64,000 nt of DNA, from the NCBI GenBank assembly GCA_965243835.1, contig OZ251578.1:1760303-1824302 (forward strand), in the 5' to 3' direction. Origin of the DNA: Candidatus Spongiisociaceae bacterium. GTDB taxonomy: Bacteria; Actinomycetota; Acidimicrobiia; Spongiisociales; Spongiisociaceae. Positions within the stretch are counted from its first letter, which is position 1, and each line of letters opens with the position of its first letter. Positions 37,859-50,261 of the stretch are shown here, one piece after another. A program made the translations under genes and the position numbers. The notes under the pieces were generated by a model, which saw only the letters and a list, made by a program, of their open reading frames with translations, ran no database searches and was not told the origin of the DNA.

Positions 37859-39100
37859 TTACAGAACCCTCCACCAAGGGGCGGCCAGCACGTTGTCGGT
37901 CAGCCATCGCACTTCGCGCCCGGCGTGCAACACCAGCCCGGCCCGGGCCCGGTCGCGGTATTCGGAGCGGAAAGTCAGCAAGCGTTCCCCGTCCCGCAGA
38001 CGGGGATGGGCGGAGGACTTCACCTCCACCGGCAGCAGGTCATCGCCCGCTTCCAGCACAAAATCCACTTCTGCGCCGGCGGCGGTGCGCCAGTGGAAAA
38101 TATCGGCTTGCCCGGCCCGGGCGTCCCGCCAGGCCAGCAGATTGTTCAACACGATGTTTTCCAGGTGCGCCCCCCGGGGTTGCGTCTCCCCCGTTATGTG
38201 CATGGACAACCCGACATCCCCCCAATACATCTTGGGGCTTTTCATCAGCCGCTTGGTCCGATTGACGGCGAAGGCGGGAACCCGCGCCAACATGTAGGAG
38301 GTTTCCAGCAGGTTGAGATAGCGGTGAACGGTGGGCTGGGAGAGGGCGGCGTCCCGGCCCAGTTCCGTCTGGTTGACCAGCCGGCCGACGCGCAGGCAGG
38401 CTATTCGCATCAGACGGCGAAAGTCGGGCAGGGCGGTAACGGATGAAATGTCGGACAGGTCCCTTTCCAGATAGGTTCGGACGTAGCCGTCGAACCAGAT
38501 GTTCCGCTCCGCGGCGGTTTCCAGTTGCAAGGCGGGACGCGGAAATCCGCCCCGGAGGGCCAGCTGGCGCCAATCCTGCGGCTCCGCGCTCCGGGACATC
38601 AGGAGCTCCGGCCACTGCGCGTGGTCGGCGGTTAACAACTCCTCCCACATTCCGCCCTGACCGAGTCCCCGTTGCTCGCGATGGGTCATGGGCCGCAACG
38701 TCAGGTAGGAGGCGCGTCCCGCCAACGACTCGGAAATCTGTTTCATCAACAGCAGGTTGGCGGAGCCGGTGAGCAGGAATTTCCCCGGCCGGTGGTCGGC
38801 GTCCACGGCCCGCTTCACCGCCGCCAACAGGTCCGGTTCTTTCTGTACCTCGTCGATGGTGACCGGCCCCCGCGCCGCCAGCAACTCGTCGGGGCGGCGA
38901 CGGGCCAGGTCCCGGGCGTCCGGGTCATCAAGCGAATAGAACCGGCGCGGGCCGGGGATCAGTTCCCGCACCAGGGTCGTTTTACCCGTCTGACGGGCTC
39001 CGGTGACCGCCACCGCGGGCATCACCCGCAACCGTTCGGCCAAACCGGGAGCCGCCAACCGGGGTAGTGCGTTATCATTCACCCCCTGAATGATAACCAT
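37859..39100 (-). CDS. AAA ATPase with DUF4143 (COG1373 family)
   Basis: Walker A GARQTGKTT, Walker B-like; C-terminal DUF4143-type region. Confidence 0.75.
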   Translation of the reverse strand: MVIIQGVNDNALPRLAAPGLAERLRVMPAVAVTGARQTGKTTLVRELIPGPRRFYSLDDPDARDLARRRPDELLAARGPVTIDEVQKEPDLLAAVKRAVDADHRPGKFLLTGSANLLLMKQISESLAGRASYLTLRPMTHREQRGLGQGGMWEELLTADHAQWPELLMSRSAEPQDWRQLALRGGFPRPALQLETAAERNIWFDGYVRTYLERDLSDISSVTALPDFRRLMRIACLRVGRLVNQTELGRDAALSQPTVHRYLNLLETSYMLARVPAFAVNRTKRLMKSPKMYWGDVGLSMHITGETQPRGAHLENIVLNNLLAWRDARAGQADIFHWRTAAGAEVDFVLEAGDDLLPVEVKSSAHPRLRDGERLLTFRSEYRDRARAGLVLHAGREVRWLTDNVLAAPWWRVL

Positions 39101-39124
39101 TCACCAGGTGAATAGATTACAAAT

Positions 39125-40171
39125 CTAGGCGCGGGCCTCTTTTTTGACCAGAGGTGCGGCTTGACTCCTCGGCGATCCCACCCGAAACACCTTGCGAGGG
39201 CGTCCCACGCCCTGCTTCTCGTGGTGGGCTATGACCAGACCCGCTTCTTCGAGACGGCCCAGTACCTGGGCGGCGCGGGCGCGGGTTACTCCGAAGTGCT
39301 CTTGCAGTTCCTCATCGGAGGCGCTGACCGGACCGAAGACCAGGATGTGTTGCCAAAAGCGGGCTTCGGTTCCGCCCAACCGGGCAGCCTCCTGCCGGAA
39401 ACGTTCCCGACTGGCGTTTTCCCCGGCGTCGCTGAGGAGCGACTCCCGCACCAGTGCCAATATCCGCCGGGGGTTGCCGCTGCCGCCTTTGATGATTTCC
39501 TCATATTCGGAACGAATAATGTCCACCTCCCGGACATCCTCGGAGCCGGCGATCGCCAACCGCGCCTCCAAAAGATCGCGGGCAACAGGATCGTCCATGA
39601 GCCCGATGGCGATCTCGGCTTCGAAGAAAGCATCGGCGGGAGGGGTCAAATATTCGGAGCGATAACGGGACAAGCCGCATACCACCCAGCGACAGGGCAA
39701 CCTCCATATCTCGTCCCGGTAACGCCCGAACATCTGGTGCGTCAACTGCGGAGCGTGCATATCGTCAAGGAACACCACCGGCAAAACTTCTTCCTCAACC
39801 CGCCTTATGCGTCGCACCAAATCATGAAACCGGGAACCGGTCGCGGGCGCGGGGAGCCCCATCACCTCTCTGTGAACATCGGAAAGTATTTGACGACGGC
39901 CCATCCCCCATGTGACGATCGCATCGTACACCTGCGCGGAATCCTTGATTTTGGCTCCGCTCAGGTAGAAGCAAGGGCGGCCCGCTTCCTCCAGCCGCCT
40001 TTGGTACTGAGACATGAGCGAGGTGACCCCGATGCCGCGCTCCCCCAGGGCCAGCACGTTGAAATCCAGCCGGGCGGCCCGCTCCAGGCGACGGAGCTCG
40101 GCTTCCCGGCCGACGAACAACCTGCCGTCGGCGTTGGATGCGGTCAGCGGTCTCTGACTGAGATGTAACAT
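39125..40171 (-). CDS. ATP-binding protein (archaeal-ATPase-like) with C-terminal winged-helix domain
   Basis: FVGREAELRRL lead-in typical of Arch_ATPase/ORC-like NTPases, degenerate P-loop GERGIGVTS, C-terminal wHTH (VTRARAAQVLGRLEEAGLV). Confidence 0.45.
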   Translation of the reverse strand: MLHLSQRPLTASNADGRLFVGREAELRRLERAARLDFNVLALGERGIGVTSLMSQYQRRLEEAGRPCFYLSGAKIKDSAQVYDAIVTWGMGRRQILSDVHREVMGLPAPATGSRFHDLVRRIRRVEEEVLPVVFLDDMHAPQLTHQMFGRYRDEIWRLPCRWVVCGLSRYRSEYLTPPADAFFEAEIAIGLMDDPVARDLLEARLAIAGSEDVREVDIIRSEYEEIIKGGSGNPRRILALVRESLLSDAGENASRERFRQEAARLGGTEARFWQHILVFGPVSASDEELQEHFGVTRARAAQVLGRLEEAGLVIAHHEKQGVGRPRKVFRVGSPRSQAAPLVKKEARA

Positions 40172-40231
40172 TATTTGCTAAATTTACAGTAAGTTTAGCA
40201 AATTGTCAAATCGCCTGGTCAGAGCGGGTTT

Positions 40232-40765
40232 TCAGTCGGGGTCGTAATCGTCGTCGTAGACATCGCATTCGCCATCTTGGTCGTCGTCGTCCTCGTCGCA
40301 ATAGTTGTCGTAGTCGTGCTCGTAGTCATCGCATTCGCCGTCGTAGTATTCTTGGTCGTCCTCGCAGACGAAGGTGGTCGTGGTGGTCGCCTTGGTGCTC
40401 TTGGTGGTGGTAGTCGGCTTGGTGGTGGTCGTCGTCGGGGCGGTAGTGGTAGTCGCGGGCCGGGCGGCGGGGTCCACCGAGTGCAGATGGTCCTGCCCGC
40501 CGCTGAGGAAAGTGGCCGCCTGCCCGCGGGTCAAACCGTCCGGGTAGGCCCGCAACAGGACTTTGGCCAACTGCGCGGCGGTGATGTTCCGATCGGGCCG
40601 GAACGACCCGTCCGGGTAACCCTGGAACCATCCCCGCTCCACGGCCACCCGTATGCCGTCGGAATGCAGATGCGCATCGGGCACATCGTCAAACGAGGTC
40701 AACGCAACCGCCGCCGCCCCGCCCAACAACACCGCGAAAAATACCGACGCCAATATTCTTTTCAT
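40232..40765 (-). CDS. SLH-domain protein with poly-Thr linker and acidic Cys-containing C-terminal tail
   Basis: Signal peptide, SLH motif (FDDVP..H....I....G...GYPDGSFRPD..ITAAQLAKVL), T-rich linker (TTTTAPTTTTTKPTTTTKSTKATTTTT), D/E/Y/C-rich tail. Confidence 0.7.
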   Translation of the reverse strand: MKRILASVFFAVLLGGAAAVALTSFDDVPDAHLHSDGIRVAVERGWFQGYPDGSFRPDRNITAAQLAKVLLRAYPDGLTRGQAATFLSGGQDHLHSVDPAARPATTTTAPTTTTTKPTTTTKSTKATTTTTFVCEDDQEYYDGECDDYEHDYDNYCDEDDDDQDGECDVYDDDYDPD

Positions 40766-40806
40766 AGTAGTACCTCCGCTATCACCGAAGAAGGTTTGAA
40801 TACCAA

Positions 40807-41532
40807 CTACCCAAGTATCTCGGTAAGGATATTACTACGGGTACGGTCCTTGTATAAATAATAATACCAATTATAAAAAACGCCTCTCCGTAAATCCCAC
40901 ACCTCGATTTTTATCCTTCTGTTGTCACCGGGCCAAGTATGAGTTGGGCTATAACCTCCCACCTCATATGGATCTACTGTAAATGAAGTAGAATCCCAAA
41001 AATTATCGACATCTATCTCCACACCAAAATCAATATTGCACTCACTATTATCAATGGAAAAACGGATCTCGTTGTCTGATAACCATTCAGCCTCTCCTAG
41101 GGGGAACGGGCAGGAAAATGGTGCCGCAAGAGTGGTTGGAACGGTGGCTGTAGTCGTGGTAGTCCTTATGATAGGTCGCGTAGTGGTTGTGGTTGTTATA
41201 ACGGGTCTGGTAGTAGTTGTAGTAGTGGGTGGGCCGTTTTCCAGGTAGGTTATGCCGTAGTACAGGATGGCCGCCGTCTGGGCCCTGGTTATGGAGTCGT
41301 AGCTGTCAAACAGGCGTTTTACCACTATTTGCAGTTCGTTTTCGGACAGCTCCCTATCCGGTTTGAAACTCCGGTCAATATAGCCTTGGAACAAGCCCCT
41401 GTTGTAAGACCATTCTATGGCCTCATTAAACTCGTGATCTTGCGGAACATCCGTGAAGCGACCGCTGGTGGCAATCACGGGAGCGGCCAGCAACAACGCC
41501 AACGTAGCGGTGGCTATCAACCTGAACTTCAT
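40807..41532 (-). CDS. SLH-domain protein with poly-Thr linker and AT-rich C-terminal domain
   Basis: Signal peptide, SLH motif (FTDVPQDHEF..AIEW....GLFQGYIDRSFKPD), T-rich linkers, low-GC C-terminal half. Confidence 0.65.
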   Translation of the reverse strand: MKFRLIATATLALLLAAPVIATSGRFTDVPQDHEFNEAIEWSYNRGLFQGYIDRSFKPDRELSENELQIVVKRLFDSYDSITRAQTAAILYYGITYLENGPPTTTTTTRPVITTTTTTRPIIRTTTTTATVPTTLAAPFSCPFPLGEAEWLSDNEIRFSIDNSECNIDFGVEIDVDNFWDSTSFTVDPYEVGGYSPTHTWPGDNRRIKIEVWDLRRGVFYNWYYYLYKDRTRSNILTEILG

Positions 41533-41613
41533 TTACGACTCCAATCCGGTCACAGCGGGAGGTCGCGCCGCGGAATTACCCGCGGCGCGAGCGGTTCACC
41601 GCCGAAAGGGGGC

Positions 41614-42978
41614 TTAGCCGGTTACTGCAGGGACTTTCTCCAAGGCGGCGGCTATCTTCTCCTGCGGGTGCTGGTAGTCGGTCATTTCGCCGGACAGGAA
41701 CGACTCGTAGGCCGCCATGTCGAAGTGGCCGTGGCCGCACAGGGCGATCAGGATCACCCGCTCCTCTCCGGTTTCCCGGCACCGGGCGGCTTCCCGGACG
41801 GCCCCGGCGATGGCGTGCATGGGCTCCGGGGCGGGGATGATCCCCTCGCTGCGGGCGAAGCGCACCGCCCCCTCGAAGCATTCGGTCTGGGCGATGGCCT
41901 CCGCCTCCAAAATCCCCAACTCTTTCAGATGGGAAATGAGAGGGGCCATTCCGTGATAGCGCAACCCTCCCGCATGAATCGGGTCGGGGATGAAAGAATG
42001 CCCCAGGGTGTGCATCTTGATCAGCGGGGTCATCCCGGCCGTGTCCCCGAAGTCGTAGCGGTATTCGCCTTGGGTCAGGGTGGGGCAGGCGGCCGGTTCC
42101 ACCGCCCGGATGACCGGGTTCATATTCCCGGCCAGTTTCTCCCGGATGAACGGGAAAGACAATCCGGCGAAGTTGGAACCGCCGCCGGTGCAACCGATCA
42201 GCACATCGGGGGTCTCCCCCGCCTTGCCCAACTGGGTCAGGGCCTCCTGGCCGATCACCGTCTGATGCATCAGCACATGGTTGAGAACGGACCCCAGCGA
42301 ATAGTTGACATCCCCGTTGGTGGCGGCCACCTCCACCGCCTCCGAAATGGCGATCCCCAGGCTGCCGGGACTGTCCGGGTCGGACTCCCGGATGGCCCTC
42401 CCGGCGTTGGTGGCCTGCGACGGACTGGAATGAACGGTCGCCCCCCACGTTTGCATCATCAGGTTGCGGTAGGGCTTCTGCCGGTAGGAGGCCGCCACCT
42501 GCCACACCTCGCATTCCAAACCGAAAATCCCGCATGCCCACGCCAGGGCGCTCCCCCACTGCCCGGCCCCGGTTTCGGTGGTCAGTTTCCGCACCCCGGC
42601 CTGCGCGTTGTAATAGGCTTGGGCCAGGGCCGTGTTGGGCTTGTGCGACCCGGCCGGGCTTCCCCCCTCGTACTTGTAGTAGATGCGGGCCGGGGTGTCC
42701 AGTTCCCGTTCCAGGCCCCGGGCCCGATGCAGGGGGGTGGGCCGCCACATCCGGTAGGCGTCCCGCACCGGCTCCGGGATTTCCACGTAGCTGTCCCCGG
42801 ACACTTCCTGCAGGATGAGGTCCATCGGAAACAGCGGGGCCAGGTCGTCGGGGCCGACCGGTTGCAAAGTCCCCGGGTGCAGCACCGGCGGAGGCGGGGC
42901 GGGCAGGTCGGGGACGATGTTGTACCAATGAGTCGGCAACTCCGACTCGTTGAGCAGTATCTTGGCGGGTTCGCTCAT
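41614..42978 (-). CDS. TrpB2-type tryptophan-synthase-beta-like PLP enzyme
   Basis: TrpB-like blocks (GSHKPN PLP lysine region, GGGSNFAG) and TrpB2-specific N-terminal extension; 454 aa. Confidence 0.8.
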   Translation of the reverse strand: MSEPAKILLNESELPTHWYNIVPDLPAPPPPVLHPGTLQPVGPDDLAPLFPMDLILQEVSGDSYVEIPEPVRDAYRMWRPTPLHRARGLERELDTPARIYYKYEGGSPAGSHKPNTALAQAYYNAQAGVRKLTTETGAGQWGSALAWACGIFGLECEVWQVAASYRQKPYRNLMMQTWGATVHSSPSQATNAGRAIRESDPDSPGSLGIAISEAVEVAATNGDVNYSLGSVLNHVLMHQTVIGQEALTQLGKAGETPDVLIGCTGGGSNFAGLSFPFIREKLAGNMNPVIRAVEPAACPTLTQGEYRYDFGDTAGMTPLIKMHTLGHSFIPDPIHAGGLRYHGMAPLISHLKELGILEAEAIAQTECFEGAVRFARSEGIIPAPEPMHAIAGAVREAARCRETGEERVILIALCGHGHFDMAAYESFLSGEMTDYQHPQEKIAAALEKVPAVTG

Positions 42979-43116
42979 TACGCTCCTCTAATCTCCAGGG
43001 AATGGCGGCGCACCTGCGGTGCGCGGCGTCGCTACTGATAATACGATACACGGTTCGGGCGGGCGGCGCCGCCCCGCCCGGACAGCGAGCGAACCCCCCC
43101 GACCGGAGGGAAAGAA

Positions 43117-44337
43117 ATGACATCCTCCCATCCCCCCTCCCCCGACCCCCGGGATTTCCTGGGGCTGGAAACGTTGCTGACCGCCGAGGAACGGCTGGGC
43201 CGGGACACGGTGCGCCGGTTCGTGGCCGACCGGATACTGCCGGAGATAACCGAATGGTTCCGGGAGGGGGTGCTGCCCCGGGAACTGGCCCCGGAGCTGG
43301 GGAAGCTGGGGCTGTTGGGAATGCACCTGGACGGGCACGGTTGCGCCGGGGCCTCGGCGGTGGACTACGGGCTGGCCTGCCTGGAGTTGGAGGCGGGCGA
43401 TTCGGGGGTGCGGAGCCTGGTTTCGGTGCAGGGGTCGCTGGTCATGTTCCCCATCTGGAAGTACGGGTCGGAGGAGCAGAAGCGGGAATGGCTGCCGGGA
43501 ATGGCCGCCGGGGAAATCCTGGGATGTTTCGGCCTCACCGAAGCCGACGCCGGTTCCGACCCGTCGGCGATGCGCACCCGCGCCCGCCGGGACGGGGGGG
43601 ACTGGATCATCAACGGTTCCAAAATGTGGATCTCGGGCGGGTCCGTAGCGGATGTTGCCCTGATCTGGGCGGCGGTGGAACCCTCTACGCCGGCCGCCGG
43701 GTCCGCCGGGTCCGCCGGGCGGGAAGTGCGGGGGTTCATCGTCCCCGCCGACTCCCCCGGTTTCTCCGCCCGCGACATCACCGGCAAAATGTCCCTGCGC
43801 GCCTCCCACACTTCCGCCCTGTTCCTGGACGAGGTGCGGGTCCCCGACCGCCTCGTCCTGCCCGGGACCTCCACCCTGCAGGGGCCTCTTTCCTGTCTGA
43901 CCGAAGCCCGCTACGGGATCATCTGGGGGGCGATGGGGGCGGCCCGCGCCTGTTACGAGACGGCCCTCCGATACGCCGCCGACCGCCGCCAGTTCGACCG
44001 GCCCATCGGGTCGTTCCAGCTCACCCAGGCCAAACTGGTGGAGATGATGGTGTCCGTCAACCGGGGTCTGCTGGTCGCCCATCACATAGGGTGTATGAAA
44101 GACCGGGGACTCGCCCGCCCCGAACATATTTCCTTTGGGAAGTTCGACAACGTGCGGTGCGCCCTGGAGGCGGCGCGGCTGGCACGCTCCGTGCTGGGGG
44201 CCAACGGGATCACCCTGGAATACCCGGTGATTCGTCATATGAACAATCTGGAAACGGTGTTCACCTACGAGGGCACCAACGAAATCCACACCCTGATCCT
44301 GGGGCGGGCCATCACCGGTTTCAATGCTTTCACGTAA
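43117..44337 (+). CDS. acyl-CoA dehydrogenase (glutaryl-CoA dehydrogenase-like)
   Basis: ACAD motifs (GLTEADAGSD, NGSKMWISGG, catalytic-base region YEGTNEI). Confidence 0.85.
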   Translation: MTSSHPPSPDPRDFLGLETLLTAEERLGRDTVRRFVADRILPEITEWFREGVLPRELAPELGKLGLLGMHLDGHGCAGASAVDYGLACLELEAGDSGVRSLVSVQGSLVMFPIWKYGSEEQKREWLPGMAAGEILGCFGLTEADAGSDPSAMRTRARRDGGDWIINGSKMWISGGSVADVALIWAAVEPSTPAAGSAGSAGREVRGFIVPADSPGFSARDITGKMSLRASHTSALFLDEVRVPDRLVLPGTSTLQGPLSCLTEARYGIIWGAMGAARACYETALRYAADRRQFDRPIGSFQLTQAKLVEMMVSVNRGLLVAHHIGCMKDRGLARPEHISFGKFDNVRCALEAARLARSVLGANGITLEYPVIRHMNNLETVFTYEGTNEIHTLILGRAITGFNAFT

Positions 44338-44364
44338 TCCGCCCCCCGGAGCCGGGGCCGGACC

Positions 44365-45189
44365 ATGACCATTTTCCTGTCCCTGCTGGGGCCGATCGTG
44401 ATCGGGTTCGGCGACCATGTCGCCATCGGCATCGGACGCAAGACCCACCTGCCGACCATGGTGGGTTGGATTTTCCTGTACACGATGTCGGTCGTGGCCG
44501 TGTTCGCCTTTCTGGTGGGCGGCGATCCCAGCCTGCTGGACATGGTTTACGGGGCGGGGTCCGGCCTGTTCGGGGCCTGGGGCCTGATGGAGTTGTTCCG
44601 CGGCTACACCACGCGCGGGGTGGGAATCGTGGGGCCGGTGGCGGCGGTGCTGGGGGCGATAATGCCGGTGGTAGCGGGGGTCGTTACCACCGGCCTCCCC
44701 ACCGCCGCCGTGACCGGCGGCATTGCGGTGGGCATCGCCGCGCTGTGGCTGATCGGCCATCACAACGCGGCCGGGGAATGGGACCCGGTCGCCCTCCGCC
44801 ACGGCCTGCGGGCGGGGGCGGCCATCGGCGGGATGACCACCCTGCTGGGTTTGACCGCCGAAGGCTCCGGCCTGTGGCCCCTGCTGGGGGGCCGGATAAC
44901 CAGTTTCATTTTCTTTGCGATAATGTTGCTGGCCGGGGGGCATTCCCTGAAACCGGAGCGCCGGATAATGCCCGGATTGGCTTTCATCGGGGCCATGGGG
45001 GCGGTTGGAATGGGCTCCTATCTGCTGGCCGCCCAGCGCAACCTGGCCATCGCCGGCCTGCTCTTCCAAATGCTGTACGGTTTCACCCTCGTCTTCCAAA
45101 TCCTGTTCGCCGGGGAACGAACCTCCCGCTCGCAACTGGTCGGCTTCGGCCTAGCGGTCGTCTCCCTGTCCCTGATAATCCTCGGCTGA
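44365..45189 (+). CDS. multi-pass membrane protein (DMT/EamA-like)
   Basis: About 9-10 hydrophobic segments; Gly/Ala-rich helices. Confidence 0.45.
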   Translation: MTIFLSLLGPIVIGFGDHVAIGIGRKTHLPTMVGWIFLYTMSVVAVFAFLVGGDPSLLDMVYGAGSGLFGAWGLMELFRGYTTRGVGIVGPVAAVLGAIMPVVAGVVTTGLPTAAVTGGIAVGIAALWLIGHHNAAGEWDPVALRHGLRAGAAIGGMTTLLGLTAEGSGLWPLLGGRITSFIFFAIMLLAGGHSLKPERRIMPGLAFIGAMGAVGMGSYLLAAQRNLAIAGLLFQMLYGFTLVFQILFAGERTSRSQLVGFGLAVVSLSLIILG

Positions 45190-45260
45190 CCCCGCCCCGC
45201 CCGCCGTTTGTCGCAGGTCCCCGCTACTAATGGGAGACCTACTACACTGGCGGAAAGGCC

Positions 45261-46331
45261 ATGAAACTACAAACCTGCAACTCCCCGGCCCCGCTCGGCG
45301 ACGACGGCCCCTCCGCGACGGGTTCCAGCGCCCGCGCCGAATATTCGCTGCACCGGGGCGACGTATTGGACGTCTATCAGGACTGGCCCCGCCCGGATGC
45401 GATAATTTCGGACGGAGCCTACGGCTTGGGGGGCTTCCCCGGCGACCCGCCCTCCGCCGCCCGGTTGCCCGAATGGTACGCTCCGCATGCGCAAGCCTGG
45501 TCCAAATACGCCCTGCCGTCCACCGCCTTGTGGTTCTGGAACACGGAACAGGGTTGGGCGTCGTGCCATCCCCTGCTCATGGAATTGGGATGGGTCTACG
45601 AGCAAACCATCGTCTGGGATAAAGGCCTGGGCCATGCGGCCGGCAACTCCAACGGCCAAACCCTGCGCCGGTTCCCGGTGGTGACGGAGGTGTGCGTGCT
45701 CTATTCCCGCAAACTGGAGTTTCCGACCGGACGGGCAATGCTGACCGCGCAGGAATGGTTGCGACATGAGTGGCGACGTTCCGGTCTGCCGCTCAACTCG
45801 GCCAACGAAGCGTGCGGGGTGCGCAACGCCGCCGCCCGCAAATACCTGACCTCGGATCGACACTGGTATTTCCCGCCGGCCGGGATGATGGAACGAATGG
45901 CGCGCTACGCCAACCAACGCGGCCGTCCGACCAGCCGCCCCTACTTCTCCATCGACGGCGAGCGGCCGGTCACGGCCGCGGACTGGCGGAAGCTGCGATA
46001 CAAATGGAACTTTGAACACGGCGTCACCAACGTTTGGAATCACCCTCCGGTAAACGGCAAAGAGAGGTACCGGGGCTCCGGTTCAGGTTCCGCGCCCCAT
46101 GGCCGTAATCCGGGACCCAACTCCGCCGCCCATCTCAACCAAAAACCCTTGGCCCTAATGAGGCGGATTGTCAAAGCCTGCACCGACCGCGCCGATGTCG
46201 TGTGGGAACCTTTCGGCGGCTTGTGCACCGGTGCGGCGGCCGCCCTGGAGTTGGGTCGCCGGGCGTACGCGGCGGAAACGGTGACGTTCTTCGCCGACAT
46301 AGCCCAAGAACGCCTAGCGCAAGCGGCTTAA
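45261..46331 (+). CDS. beta-class DNA methyltransferase (N6-adenine/N4-cytosine family) with atypical motif IV
   Basis: C-terminal motif I NQKPLALMRRIV...VVWEPFGGLCTG; order IV-then-I typical of the beta class. The catalytic tetrapeptide position reads SDGAY rather than DPPY. GC-rich (native composition). Confidence 0.65.
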   Translation: MKLQTCNSPAPLGDDGPSATGSSARAEYSLHRGDVLDVYQDWPRPDAIISDGAYGLGGFPGDPPSAARLPEWYAPHAQAWSKYALPSTALWFWNTEQGWASCHPLLMELGWVYEQTIVWDKGLGHAAGNSNGQTLRRFPVVTEVCVLYSRKLEFPTGRAMLTAQEWLRHEWRRSGLPLNSANEACGVRNAAARKYLTSDRHWYFPPAGMMERMARYANQRGRPTSRPYFSIDGERPVTAADWRKLRYKWNFEHGVTNVWNHPPVNGKERYRGSGSGSAPHGRNPGPNSAAHLNQKPLALMRRIVKACTDRADVVWEPFGGLCTGAAAALELGRRAYAAETVTFFADIAQERLAQAA

Positions 46332-46982
46332 CCGCTATGACCGAAACCCGGAATTCCCCCGCGCTGTCCGCGCCATCCGCCCACCTCTGGGCGCGTTCCG
46401 CTAAAAGGGAGCTGTGTTGGTGGACTGGATGACCGGAAAGAGCCTCCACGCCTCCCAGCTCGCCGCCTACGCGGGGACGGAATGGACGGCGGACGGGGAG
46501 GGGAAGGTATGGGGACGGGGCGCCCCTTCTCCGGCGGCGACCGCGGCGGCTTCGGCTGACAGACCGCGGAGCGGGGCAACGAGGAACATCACCGGCGAGA
46601 AGAGGAAATCACCCCATCCCGCCAACACTAAAAAAAGGGGCCCACCACCTACGCGCCGCGCATCCTCCTTCTCCTCCACCCCTCCCAGCCGCACTCCGCC
46701 GGGAGCAGGGGGGAATGTCCCAGATAACTTCCCGTTGCAACGGGGAGTTGAATCCTTGTAACGGAGAAATACCCGCACGAGAGACGGGCCGTCTTCTCCC
46801 TGTTACAACAAGGAGGTGCGCCGCTATTCCCCGTTCGAACGGGGTCGCCGCGCCGGGCCGAGCGGGAATCGGGCGGGCCCCGGGGGAGGGAAGCACCGCC
46901 GCGAGGCGGGGGTCTTTACCGTTCCGGCGGCGGGTCCCGTTTGACGAATAAGTTCCCGAATATATACGGGGGCGGGGGCGGG

Positions 46983-47882
46983 TCAGGCGGGGAGGTGGGC
47001 GGCGGGGTTGTCCCGGAAGGCTTTTTGGCAACCGGCGGCGCAGAAATAGAAGAGGTTGCCGTCGTGCTCGGCGGTGAAGGCGGCCGTAGCCGGGTTCACC
47101 GACATTCCGCATACCGGGTCCGTCGCCTGTTCGGGGAGTTCCACCGGCGGGGCGGCCGAATCCTTGTGGGAGGTGCGGTGGGCCACCAGTTCGGCCATTA
47201 TGGAAACGGCCATCTCCTCGTGGGTGGTGGAACCCAAATCCATTCCGGCCGGGGCCCGCACCCGGAGGGCGTCCTCCTCGGAGACCCCGTTGTCCCGCAA
47301 CCAGGCACGCACCGCTTCCGCCCGTTTCGGCGAAGCCACCAACCCCACGTACACGGCGGTGGTTCCCAGCGCCGACAGCAGGGCCGGCTCGTCGAAGGAA
47401 CCCTGGGTGGCCGCCACCACGTAGGAGCGGTCCGCCATTTCCGCGATGGACTCCGCCTGCGCCGCCCCGGTAACCTCGGATGTCCGCCAACCCACCGCCC
47501 GGGCCGTCTCGGCCAAGGCGACGGTCATCGGAGAGGAACCGGCTATCACCAAGTGCGGGGCGGGCAACATCGGCTCCACGAACACCTCCATCTCCCCTTC
47601 GCTGTCGCAGGCCATGGGAACTTCGGTCACTCCCGGCCGGTCGTCGCTCCGCCCCAGGGACAGCGCCCGCGCCCGGCCGTCCCCCAGGGCCTGCAACGAA
47701 GAGCGCACCACGGTGGGGGCGGCGCAGGCCCCGCCCAGCCATCCTTCCATTCGGCCGTCCGGGTGGATGACGGCTTTGGAACCCGCCTTGCCGGAGGACG
47801 GCCCCCGCGCCCAGGTGACGGTGGCCAGGACGAAGGCCCGGCCCTCCCGCCGGAGCCGGGCCGCCCGGGCCAGAACATCCAC
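46983..47882 (-). CDS. XdhC/CoxI-family Mo-cofactor insertion chaperone with C-terminal YHS/TRASH-like metal-binding domain
   Basis: XdhC Rossmann-like region and C-terminal PVCGMSV...FCAAGCQKAF (YHS/TRASH-type Cys motif). Confidence 0.7.
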   Translation of the reverse strand: MDVLARAARLRREGRAFVLATVTWARGPSSGKAGSKAVIHPDGRMEGWLGGACAAPTVVRSSLQALGDGRARALSLGRSDDRPGVTEVPMACDSEGEMEVFVEPMLPAPHLVIAGSSPMTVALAETARAVGWRTSEVTGAAQAESIAEMADRSYVVAATQGSFDEPALLSALGTTAVYVGLVASPKRAEAVRAWLRDNGVSEEDALRVRAPAGMDLGSTTHEEMAVSIMAELVAHRTSHKDSAAPPVELPEQATDPVCGMSVNPATAAFTAEHDGNLFYFCAAGCQKAFRDNPAAHLPA

Positions 47883-47895
47883 CGGCCGGCCCGGC

Positions 47896-50259
<2,364 letters not shown>

Positions 50260-50261
50260 TA

